Positions 1 through 12,100 of a stretch of 64,000 nt of DNA are shown piece by piece (the stretch's first letter is position 1; each line of letters starts with the position of its first letter). Source of the DNA: Anolis carolinensis (Eukaryota); assembly GCF_035594765.1 (NCBI RefSeq), contig NC_085845.1, positions 173,616,897-173,680,896 of the forward strand, written 5' to 3'. A program made the position numbers and the translations under genes. The notes beneath the pieces are model-generated. The model had not been told where the DNA came from and did no database searches. It saw only the letters and a program-made list of their open reading frames with translations.

Positions 1-511
1 TGCTTAGCTGTGAAAATCTACTGGGAGATCTTGGGAAAATCACAATCTGAGAATGTCTCCAAAAAACAAAAACAAGTTGAAGGCATACAATAACCCAATA
101 CAGATTTTGGTTTGTGTGGTTAAAAATATTTTTTTTTCAAAATAGAGGGTTTATTTTTTGCAAAAACACAGAAAATGTGTTTGCCCCCAAGATTTTTGTT
201 TGTTTTGGGGGAAGTCAGGCTTTTAAGAGCAACTAGTTTAAAGCAAAAGTCACCACTCTGGTGATTCAAACATAGGTCCTTCCCCAGAAAACATCCTGGT
301 ACAAGGAGACATTAGGGTGATTATGTTGGAATCTAGGGGCCATAATATAGGCCTCTGGCCACCTTAGTTCTAGAGAAGGCATGGATGTGGCCTCCGTATA
401 GCAGATTTCCACTATGCTATATTATCATAAAGATTAATTTAGTCCTGCAACACTTTGTGTAAGAGAACACCAAGAAAAAACTTTTTCTACCTTGACTACC
501 TCATTTCTCAC

Positions 512-908
512 CTGCGCTCAAGTCCAAAGATGCGTTCCACCTCTGCTCGGCCAGGACTTTGGGTGCGGGAGCTGCTGCGGTCTTTCTCAAATGCCTGCCG
601 ATGGTTGAGTCGCTTTGTCTTAGGCACGTCTGCCAACACCGTGTACTCCTGCCTCATCAGTCCATGCCGACTCTCGTGGCTGCCACTTGTCCTCCAGCTC
701 ATGTCTGAGTCTACTGAGCTAACAGAGGAAGCGGGCCACCCACCTGTTGCCTTGGCATTGCCATGGACAAGTAAGGTACTACGTCCTGCAGGGGATGGCG
801 ATGAGGCCCGGGTTGGGTCAGACTTCTGACGCTCCAGAGAGAAATAGCTGCTGTCTGCTTGACGCTTCCTCCTACTGTCCCCATCGTCTTGGCTCGTCGT
901 TCTGCATT
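512..908 (-). CDS. TRIOBP: TRIOBP coding exon 5 (397 nt; ...DSSYFSLERQ...RASSP...EYTVLADVP...SPGRAEVERIFGLER)
   Basis: Acceptor ttctctccctcacag|AA, donor CGCAG|gtgaga; conserved TRIOBP/MPRIP motifs; lies inside ORF 508..1143. Confidence 0.92.
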
Positions 909-3068
909 CTGTGAGGGAGAGAAATAAGATTCCTCTCATGCTCAAAGGATGGGAATGTTTAGGGAGGGAACGGAGCAAACAAATAGCCAAGATAGTATGC
1001 CAAGTGGGTGTGGGTAGCCCTTCTCTTAGCATAGTTGTGTCTATGTCAGAACTGGGCACAATGGCAGCACCAGGGGAAAAGGAATCAAGGGAAACTATAG
1101 AAGGGGCAAAATGCATCCTGTAGTGGTGGCAAACTGCAGTCATTTTTTAAAAAATGAATAGGAAGATGAAAAGATTGCTCAGGGCCTATCCCTGATTACA
1201 ATACATGAATGCAATTTGTATATGTGAAAAGAAATGTGGGGAGGCAGTGACTCGTTTTGGGGCATATTCCTGCTTCAGGCAGAACTTCTCTTGAGCTCAT
1301 TGGTCAGCATGGAAGCCTCTGAAGTATGCGGATGGACAACTCAGAGTCGTTGATTTTGGTGTGGTTTCATCACTAACATTGGTTAGTAACTGGTGTGTAA
1401 ATCATTGCAGCTCTATAGCCAATTTTTAAAAAATACTTACATTTACCTCATCTCACCTGGAATACTCTCCAGATGTGTTGGGCTACAACTCCCATCAGTT
1501 TCAAGCAAGACAAATCATATCGCCCAGGTTTTTTTCCGTGTCAAAAGCAACTTGAGAAACTGCTAGTTGCTTCAGGTGTGAGAGAATTGGTTGTCTGCAA
1601 AGATGTTGCCTGGGGGACGCCTGGATGTTTTATGTTTTATCATCCTTGTGGGAGGTTTCTTTCATGTCCCCACATGAGGAGCGGGAGCTGACAGAGAGAG
1701 CTCACCCACTCTCCCCGGATTTGAACCGCCGACCTGTCTGTTTGCAGTCCTACTGGCACAAGGGTTTAACCCACTGCGCCACCAGGGCCTCCATAAAGCC
1801 TAAGGTGATGAAATGGAGAACACAATGCAACAGGAAAGCATCAATTTAGGGAGGGTGATGCTCCAGGGAATGCCAGAAAAACAATTTTGACCTGCAGATG
1901 TGTTGAAGCCAAAGGAAAACTCATACAAACGGATGGTTAGAGGGAGACAGTTGGCTTGAGCAATTGCAGGGTTCTTCCATTGCTGCCAACAGCCTGTTTG
2001 CAACTTTTGCACCACTCTTGTTAGTTTTTCAGGACAAAATGTACCTCTTGAGTTGAGAGGCTTTGTTGTGAAAGTAGAGAATCTTTGCATAAAAAGTTTG
2101 ACATGCCAATCCAAGGCCGCGTCTGCATTCCATTCTCCCAAGAGATCATTATACCAGGGTCAGAATCAGAGGGTGGAAAACGTTATGTTCTGGACAATGC
2201 CATCCAGAATCTTCCAGCCAGGATGGCCACTGGCCATGTTATCTCAGGGGTTCTGCATTAGAATTCAGCCAAGTAACTTTATCAAGCTATGAGGCCAAAT
2301 CTAATTACTAGATCTGAAATTTTCACATTTCCAGAACCTTAGCTTCCATTTCAAGAAAAGTTTTTGTTCTTGTCTTCATGGCCAGATAGTCAGTGTTTGG
2401 AAAAACCTTAGAAATCAAAAGCTGGGCTTCCACTGTAGCTTTTGCTGTTCCCCAAACCGCAGGGTTTCCCCCACCCCCTTCTACATCTTATTCTGCACTC
2501 TTCAATTTCATTCCCATTCATCTCTGCACCTTAAATCTATCTAAAATGAGGATTAAAAAAAAATCTAAATCAGGGATAAAAACAAGTTTTTGGAGAACAA
2601 CTCCCATCAGACCTTACCACGATGGTCAATGCTCACAGTTGATTGGGTTGTAGTCCATAACAACCTGAAAGGACGCATTCCCTACCACTGATCTAAATGG
2701 TGGAAGTAGAATTAATCAATGTAAATAAACACAAACAAATGTATGCTTATTTCATCTGGGTACTGGATTTGAGTTCCTTGCATGTAAGTGAGAGTTTTTT
2801 TCCTGAGGAATCAAAACTTCTACAGAGTATTTTCTTTGGTCTGTAGATCAGAGCTTTCCAAACATTGTATGATGGTAGCACACTTTTTAGACATGCATCA
2901 TTTTGTGACACAGTAATTCAGTTTTACTATAGTAATATGTTTTAATATGTATCTTTTATAGAAATACATTTAACATGTTTATTTATAGATTTTTAAAAAA
3001 ATGTTTATGTGTTTTAACTATGCTATAACTCACTCTGAGCCATGATGAGAGGTGGGTAAGAAATAAAC

Positions 3069-3120
<52 letters not shown>

Positions 3121-6100
3121 TGCTACTACTACTACTACTGGCAAACCAAAGATTAAATGAACTCCTTATAAGAGATATGAACACATATATAAATTGCAAT
3201 AATGAAATGTATGGAGACACAATCAATCTAATGAGAATCTTTCATTTATATACATTTAAAATATACGAGTTATTTTGCTATTGCTATGTAATGAGTGAGA
3301 ACCAGAAAGGTATACTCTCTGGAGAGTAGTATTCAAATCCCCACCTGACCATCAAAACTAACTGGATGAATTTGAGCAAGTGCCCTCTTCTCAACCTTAG
3401 AGAAGGGCAAAGTTATTGATTATTTCACATAGACACAGAGAGTTCTTGTAGCATTCCTATGCACACTAACATGTTGCAACATAGTTTGGAAAGTTCTGCT
3501 CTGTGGCTGCACCACCTTTTATATGTGAAACTGAAAGCTTGTTTTGATTTTTGGAAAAAAATAACTTTAGTGGAAGAATGAAGAATTTCCTGGTGAAATA
3601 AGATGGACACTTTTGTTTTAAAGAAGGATAATCTATATGACCACAGGAGGAATAATTCTTTTGTGTGTCTAAAAACAAAACAAAACATTTGGGCTAGAAA
3701 AATGGGGCTAGGACAGAGATACAGCTATAGGAGACAGCAAAATTAGGACATTGGCTCCTGATAAGACACACACCCCCACGAAACTTTCCTTTTCCCTTCA
3801 AATTACTGCAGTAACTTCACCCAAACCTTTAGAAATGCAGTTTAGGCATCCAAAGCAAAGGGGAAGCAAAGTTACCAATGGAAAATAAGCAGCAATACAG
3901 GAGGTCTAGATGAGAACAATGTTTAGTGTCTCACTATGATATGCTAACAATTTGGACACTCTAAAAAAACTCATTTGAGGAGCAGATTTCTTGTTTGTGA
4001 GGATACTACACCTCTTCATTGTTATATCCCAGAGGTGGGGCTCTGGGGGTCACAAAACAACATTGTGGGGTATATGTAGCCTACAGATTACATTGTTACA
4101 CACACATGCACTTCATGATATCTAGATAAAGATAAAGCAGACAGTGCTAGGACTGAGAGCATGTACCTGTTTTCGGACGGCTCTTGGATTCTGTTCTGCC
4201 AGATGGTGCTGCCTCAGCCCATCTAGGTCTATCAGAGGGAAGGCTTTCAGGTTGTACTGCTTGCTTCTGGCCTGCATAGTACATCATGTCTCCTTTGTCA
4301 GATCCCAAAATGCTGTTGAGGAGTCTGGTCATTTCCCAGTCCTAAGGTGGAAAAAAGTTTGAAACATTTTGGCTCTTTCAAAAAACTGCCTGTTCAAGGG
4401 ACTCAATACACATAATTTTAACAATGTACAGAAAAATGAGACTTACACAACATTCCCTTACAAAAAAATAATTCCACTAAAAACAAACCATAGAACTCTT
4501 AAATAAATGGCAACTCCCAGTCCTTGAATTAGAAGCAGACACAAGGAGATGTATTTAATCCACTGACCTTATAACGTGTCAACAAAAAGATGACAATACA
4601 AAAAATTAAAGAGCGACATAATCATATCTATTCATTATATCACTGTTATCCTCAAGTACTTTCCTTCGTATGGCATTCCTAAATTGAACCTATGACAGGG
4701 CCTTTTTGGCAAGATAGGTTCAATGGTGTTCTACCTTTGCCCTTCTCTAAGGTTGACAAGAGGGAAACTTGCTCAAGTTCATCCAGTTAGTTGTGATGGT
4801 CAAGCGAGGATTTGAACACTACTCTCCAGAGAATATACCTTTCTGGTTCTCACTCATTACATAGCCATAGCAAAATTATTTATAGAAAAGTCACAGAGTA
4901 AGTTGTCTATTAAAGTGTTGAAGCTGTATGAACTTCACTAGAAAGGCAGAACTCCATAGTTTGGAAGCCATCTGTGAAAAGGATTCACTTCTCTATGGAT
5001 ATTGCTAGCAGGCTTAAGAGCAGCATCTACAGAGTACATCTTAATAAGCAGGCAGGTTTGTATAGATGTTGTTGACAGAGCCTTTGAGCATACTGGTCGC
5101 AAACCATTCTGGACACTACTGGCTCAAATCAGCACTTTGAACTGGGACCAGAGATACACTGACAGCAGCTACAGTAGATGCAAGCTTGATGACATATTTT
5201 CTATTCTCTGTGTCCACAGCAACATAGATCAGCAGAAGTTCCCAAGATGACCTTAGAAGGAGCCTCATGCAAAGCATATTACAGTAACCTGAACTTGAAA
5301 CATGACTAGTAGTGCAAAATCTGATGTTTCCAGAAAGGTAACATACTAATCTATGATGGCAAAACAGAAGTCTTTGTCCAAAAAGAACCGTCAAACTATG
5401 AACATGGGTTCCTTGGATGAGGCTGCACTTCTTCCTATTTTCAACCAATGTGACTTTGTTTCAGTTTGTTTACCGGCTTCTAACTCCAAGCCATCTCTAC
5501 TCCAAACAGTGTATAGGGATTTCTATGGCTTCTCTTGGACTTAGAAATGAAAATGAGGTCTAGAGTTGGATGCCATCCACATACTGGTAATGCAACAGCT
5601 CAAAATCTCCCGATTTTATTTAAATGAGAAAATTTTGGCACCCGAACACTATGGACTATAAAAAGCCCTGCAATCATCAGCAAAAGACTGTTGAAGTTGC
5701 AGTCCAAAACATCAGGAAGGCTAAAGATTCCCTATATAATATAGACATTAAGTAGCATGAAGTCAGAATCTTGCAATGTGATCGACCCCTCCCCCAAGGA
5801 CTTTGTAAAAGATAGTTCAAAAATCAAGGCTTTATGTCCTATATTTCATATATTTATAGTAGAAGGTAACTGAGATATCTTACTGGAGTTTACTGTGATT
5901 TACTAAAATCCCGGCACATTTTCAAACCTGCAACCGGAAGGCATTGAGTCTCCCTATTTCAGAGGAGAACCCCTAAATTTTGGCTCGATAACAGCATCAT
6001 CTCATTTACCAAAGAGTGGAGTCAAGCCTTCTAACACCAATCCATAAACAACTCACAGTCTATAAAAGTACCATGATCTAAGGCCACTGAGAGGTCAAAA

Positions 6101-9100
6101 ACAAACAATGGAGCTCTTTTAGCAAGTTACCCAAAAAACTACTTCATGGGATATCTAGGTGGCTCCACCTGCTGGCAGGAAAAACTTGTTAACTGCACAA
6201 TATACTTAACTCATAGAGAGAAACAGCCCTCTCTTAAATAATTAAAGATCTTTGTCTCAGTACATGACTTGACTCAACTCTCCACCTTGCAATTATAATT
6301 GTATTGCTTTGCAACTGGTCACCAAAAGGTAAACACTTTGGGTGGCAATATCTCGTAATCTTAGATCACCAACAATCATAGATCAGATGTCAAATGGCTC
6401 TTTAAAATGAGTTTAAAGGTTGACTTTGCAGAAGTGCCCTACAGCAGGCATTTAAGGAAGCTCAGAAAAATTACAGCTTTATTTATTTAAAAAAGAAGGG
6501 TGCAAGTTTCAGGTTAACAAATACCAGTAATATGCATACAAACACACTTCCATCTCACCGTGGGAAGCGTGTCATTGGTGTCTGTCTCAATGCCAAGAAG
6601 TGTGTTGGCATCAGGACAAGGACTGGCTTCTTCAGTTTCGTCTTCAACTTTGCAGCTAAGCTGAGTGTACTCCAAACTTTCCTGCCAGCTGTGGGCAGGT
6701 AAGACATACATGATTAACAACCAACCCAAATTTCAAATACAGAGCACTACTGTAAGTGATATGCTTATGGTAGGATAAAGGCTCACATTAAGACAGTCAA
6801 CAGCAGTGACAACAACATGTAACTTTAAACCAGTATGGGAACTATGCAGACAATAGGTTGTTGTGGTCCTGAACCTCTCCTTTAATCTGGAAAATGGGTG
6901 AGGATCTGAAAAAGAGAATATCACCTCCAGAAACCTCCAGGATTTGTGATTCTGCATTGCAATGCTATCTGCCTACCTCAAAAAATATGTGGCTTACTGG
7001 TAAAATTCTGGTGGCAAAATAATTCACCTCCAATGCCCAACTTACCAAATTTTCCCATCTTTAAATTATTATAGCATCACTTATGGTGAGCAACAAAACA
7101 ATCTCAGCCTTTGGGTGAATCCATCATAGAGCTATATGAACAATGGATGGAAGAAACAGAACCAACAACCTCTTTGTCCAGTCCTGTCGACCAAAGTAGC
7201 CTTCAAAAAATGTGAATTTATTTTGCTTTTTAAGAGCTGAGAACAAACCCTACTTCATTAAATCCTCCAAAAGTCCTATAAGGTATGTCAGTATTTACAG
7301 GGACATGTTACAGAAATCTTGTTGGTACTAATCAAGTAGTGTTTGATTAATACACAGACAGAAAACTGCCTGGATCCAGATGCAGATCCAGTCAGTACAT
7401 AAATAACGCGATGTGTGTGCCATATCTGAGGACTTCCAAGGTGGTTGTAACTCCAAATAAACACTATACTTTTTAAAACAGCCAGTCCTCCACATGTGCT
7501 GGGTGCAGGGACACAGGGTACCCATGGGCATGGAAACTTTGTAAATGAAAATGCTTTTTTTTTTTCAAATCTGAGATATCATCATCTAGGACTCTTTAGG
7601 TTCTTCAGAGCAAGGAAATTAAACAGAGTAGTACTGGAAAGCTTTAGGGATGCCTGGAGAGACCATTTTAATCAAATCTGTGAATAATCAAATCAGCAAA
7701 AGTTAAACTTGTAAATGGGGAGAGCCAACTACATACTTTATAGTCATTGAAAACTGCTGCACAGTTTTATGAACAAATACACTTTGTAAATAAATGGCAA
7801 TAAACTATGAATTTTAACCTTATATTTTATTAGTATTTGTGTCAGTCGTTGTTCTGTGTATTTTAATTTATGCATTTTAATAGTACTATATATTATATCT
7901 GTGTGTTTTAACCACGTTGTACCCCATCTTGAGCCATGGGTAACAAATATTGAGGAGGAGGAGTACCATAACTTTTAACCACTTAATTTAAAACATTGTT
8001 AATAGACAAAAATGCTATCCCTGATAAAACTGAAATATTTACAAGCATTGTTCTTTTTGTAAATGTTAAGTATTCTAGAAACTCCTCTTGTGCAAGGATT
8101 TCTCCCTTCCCTCGAGAGTAGCTATATGTCCTGCTTACAGAAGGTAGTCCTCTATTTGAAAAGCTGCTCAATCCAAACTCAGTTTAAAAGGAAAGAATCA
8201 TAAACTTAGGTTTTAAAAAATCCTGGTTTACTCATGAATTTTAACCAGTTAACCAAATCCCCATGAGTGTCCATTGAAGTTTATCTGTCTTGAGTGTCCA
8301 CGGAAGTTTATCGATGGAGCCTGGTTTCTAAATTATTTTGTGTTATGAAACTACTCTTCATGATTTGCTAAAAAAAAGTTTCACACCCCCCCCCCCAATG
8401 TTTTTCCTGTCTATGGCCCTGCCTGCTCATCATTTTTCTTGCTATGACAAGATGCATTTCATTTTACATATAGACATAAAATCAGTGTATGCAAATTTTA
8501 TGCAGTTCTGCACTCTCCTTTACTCTCTTTTTGTTTATGTATGTGTTTCCTCTTTTGTGGCAATGCATAAGCATCCTCCTCCTCCCTACACCTAAACACT
8601 GAAGATCTGTTGTGGGATATATATAGGCAGCAATATAAATATGAATGTACAACTTGAAGGAATGACTCTGTGAAACCATTCACTTGGGAATATGCAAGAT
8701 CTAATTCAATAATCACTTTAAAACTCATTTCATACTTCTTTAACAAGGTGCCGCCCTAGCAAACAGTACTATCCATGTATTACAATAGGATTATTAATTT
8801 ATGAGACATTTATTCCAGCCTTCGTTCAAATTGCTCAAGGAGCCATGCACAGGTCACCCTTTCCCTCTTCCTATTTTATCCTTAACAATAAACCTGTAAG
8901 GTAAACTAAACTGAGAATGACCCAATGAGCAGAGTGAGGACCAGAAAATGGATTTCATTAACATCTTATTGGATGATGGGAATTGTAGTCCACATATCTA
9001 AAGTGAGGGCCTCAGCAAAAGTGGCATTTAAATCTCACATGTAGATCACTCCCACCATTTTGCTAGGAGCCCCAGTGCTGCAATGGGTTAAACCCTTGTG

Positions 9101-12100
9101 CTGATCTGAAGGTTGCTGGTTTGAATCCAACCCGGGGAGAATGTGGATGAGCTCCCTCTGTCAGCTCCAGCTCCATGCAGGGACATGAGAGAAATCTCCC
9201 ACAAGGATGGTAAAACATCAAACATCCAGGCATCCCCTGGGCAACATCCTTGCAAACGGCCAATTCTCTCACACCAGAAGCGACTTGCAGTTTCTCAAGT
9301 CGCTCCTGACATGAAAAACAAAACATTTTTCTATGTACCTTCTTGATCATTCATAAAGCAGGGGCTATCCACCCCTAAATGGCTTTTATTCCTTTGTATA
9401 ATGCCCTGGGAACATTATTTTATCAAATGAATAAATATAATCTGTTGTCTTCCTCCAGACTCACCAGCAGAGCACTTACCTCTCAGTTTTGTCCTCGGAG
9501 CCCACGCAGACGTAGAGCTCACACTGGGGCACCAAAATGCACAGTGGGTCCCATGGGTCACAGGCACTGGACTCCTTGCTATCCACAGCAAAGTCAGATG
9601 TTTTCACGGCTTTTTCCTTCACTTCCTATCGGAAGAAAAGATGGTCCATTATCACCCTACCATTTGTTTTGCAGAACTCAAGAGGCAAACTTGAGGAAAA
9701 GGCGAGTATCAACTGTGGCTGCATTCTCCTTAGATACTTTTTCATTCTGGTTCATGAAGAGTTCAGTGCAAACTTAAAGCTTGCATATTAAGTAACACAA
9801 TTTACAAAGATGCCGCCTTCCCTATTATAAACGTCTTGTTTAGGAAAGCAGTAAGTGTCACTTCTTTTCATTGTTATTCTGCTCCTCCGCCTGGCGCAGC
9901 AACAATATTAATTTCTCTCTGGATGTTACATAATCCACCATCTTCAAAACATTTATGGGTATATATTCAAGTAATACATCATGTCATTGGTGGTGGCCCC
10001 TTGACTAGACAAGTATAGTACAGTACCAATCTGTCCCATCAGTAGTTTCAAGATAACTGGTTTGCCAGTTTAAACAACTTTTGAGTTACAATCTTCATCA
10101 TTACAAAGGGTTACATATATTTCACAGGTTCATGATCCTATTTGTGCTAGTAAAGTGAATGTTATAATTTTGTTCTTTTTATATCACCATTGTTTTTAAT
10201 TTGTGTTATTAACTTTGAGAACACTTTGTGCCTTCAAATTATTTATGACTTATGTCAACCGTGATGCGAACTTGTCATGGGATGATTTACAGAATCATAG
10301 TCCAACACTACACCACAGTGGCTCTCAAAAAGCAAACTTTGATGTTGTGTGCCTTCAAGTTTATGGTGACTCTAAAGCAATGGTTTCCAACCTTTGGGCC
10401 TCGAGGTGTTTTGGACTTCAGCTCCCACAGTTCCTAATAGCTGGTAAGCTGGCTGGGATTTTGGGAGTTGAAGTCCAAAGGTTAGGAACCACTGCTCTAA
10501 AACAACCATATAATTGGTTTTCTGGGGCTGAAAGTGTGCGACTCACCCAAGGTCACCCAATGAGTTTCCATGGCTGAGCAGGGAATCAAATCCTGATTTT
10601 CAGGGTCTACATGTTCCTATATATAGATATAGATATAGATATAGATATATATTCCCTTCTGTATATGGCAAAAAATTGCCTGGAAGACTCTTTCCTATCT
10701 GAAAGTCACCTAGGCAGCATCAAATTTGGGAGTGGTGTCGAAAATCCCTTCAAACCTCATAGATATTGCCAGCGCTAGCATCTTGGAGTGTGGCATCCTG
10801 AACAATTCAACATTCCACAAAAGTTGATATTCGCAGCATTCTATGAACATCAATTTCTTCCTTTGTACCATTTACGCACTTCATTTAACAATATAGTCCA
10901 AACTTGAAGAAGTCTGAACCAAAACATTGGGAAAACAAAAATAGAAATAATATGTCCTACCAATTGATCTCCTATCTAGCAATCGATAGCACATGCTGCA
11001 CATGGCCTTCTGCACTGGACTAATGCAACTATCTTGACCCTTGCACCTTGACAGCCAGGCTAGGTCATGCAACAGAAAGAGACTGCATACTGTGTTTGCT
11101 GATCATCTCCGTCTCTTCAAGGGACCCCGTCTTGCTCTACAACAATTCCCAACATATAACGGCTTGTTTATTTCCTCCAACATTACAAGGTCTCCTGAAG
11201 GATGAAAGCTAAACAAAGACAATCCAAACCACTGAGCCATATCACAAAACTAGAGTATCAGACTTTATCTTCACCAGACACAGGTCTTTTGTAGAGTCTG
11301 TGGCTCTTAACTGGCTATAGAAAACTAATGCATCCCAAAATATTTTGTATAACAAGGATAACTTGCAACAGGATGCTCTGTGTGTGACTAGGTGTTTTCA
11401 AATTATTTTTAGACTTATGGAGACTACATGAACATCATACTCAGAGGCGGTGTTGCCAGTCCCTTCCTCTGAAATGTAGCATACAAGACCGGCATTTCTG
11501 GGCAGTTTCCCATCTATGTAATAACCGGGACTGGGCCTGCTCAGCTTCCAAGATTTGATAGGATCTGGTACCTTTAGGCCCAGTCAATAGGAAGAACTTT
11601 ATGAGATTTAGAGCTTTTTGATTGGGGAATATGCTGCTTCAGTGTGTGATAGAATCCCCTTCTCTGGATGTTTGTAAGCAGAGGCTAGAAGGCCATCTGT
11701 TGGGAATGCTCTGACTATATTTTCCTGCCTGTCAGGGAATTGGACTGGATGACCCTTGTGGTCTCTTCCAACTCCATTATTTGGTATATCTATCTGTGGA
11801 CTGCCTGGGGCAGAGCTGGAAAATGACACCATAACCTGAGCAACTCAATAAATCCCTTATTTTTGACCCTGCAAATCCCATGTGTACTACAACAACAGAG
11901 ACTCCTCTTCCAGTTCTGTAAGTGCATGGGTACTGTTTTCCTCAAACTGCTCTCCTTCAGGTGTTTTGGACTTCAGCTCCCAGAAATCCCAGCCAGCTTA
12001 CCAGTTGTTAGGCATTGTGGGAGCTGACGTCCAAAACATCTGGAGCAGAGTTTGTGAACCACTGGGTTAAAGTATCTCCACACACCAGAACCAACAATAG

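Noticed and set aside
909-1143. N-terminal extension of ORF 508..1143
   Set aside because: It lies upstream of a clear acceptor at 909-910; it is open intronic sequence with no recognisable homology
3023-3226. Poly-Asn/Ser ORF (also the poly-Leu/Ile ORFs near 19.8-20.1 kb)
   Set aside because: Translations of (TTA)n microsatellites
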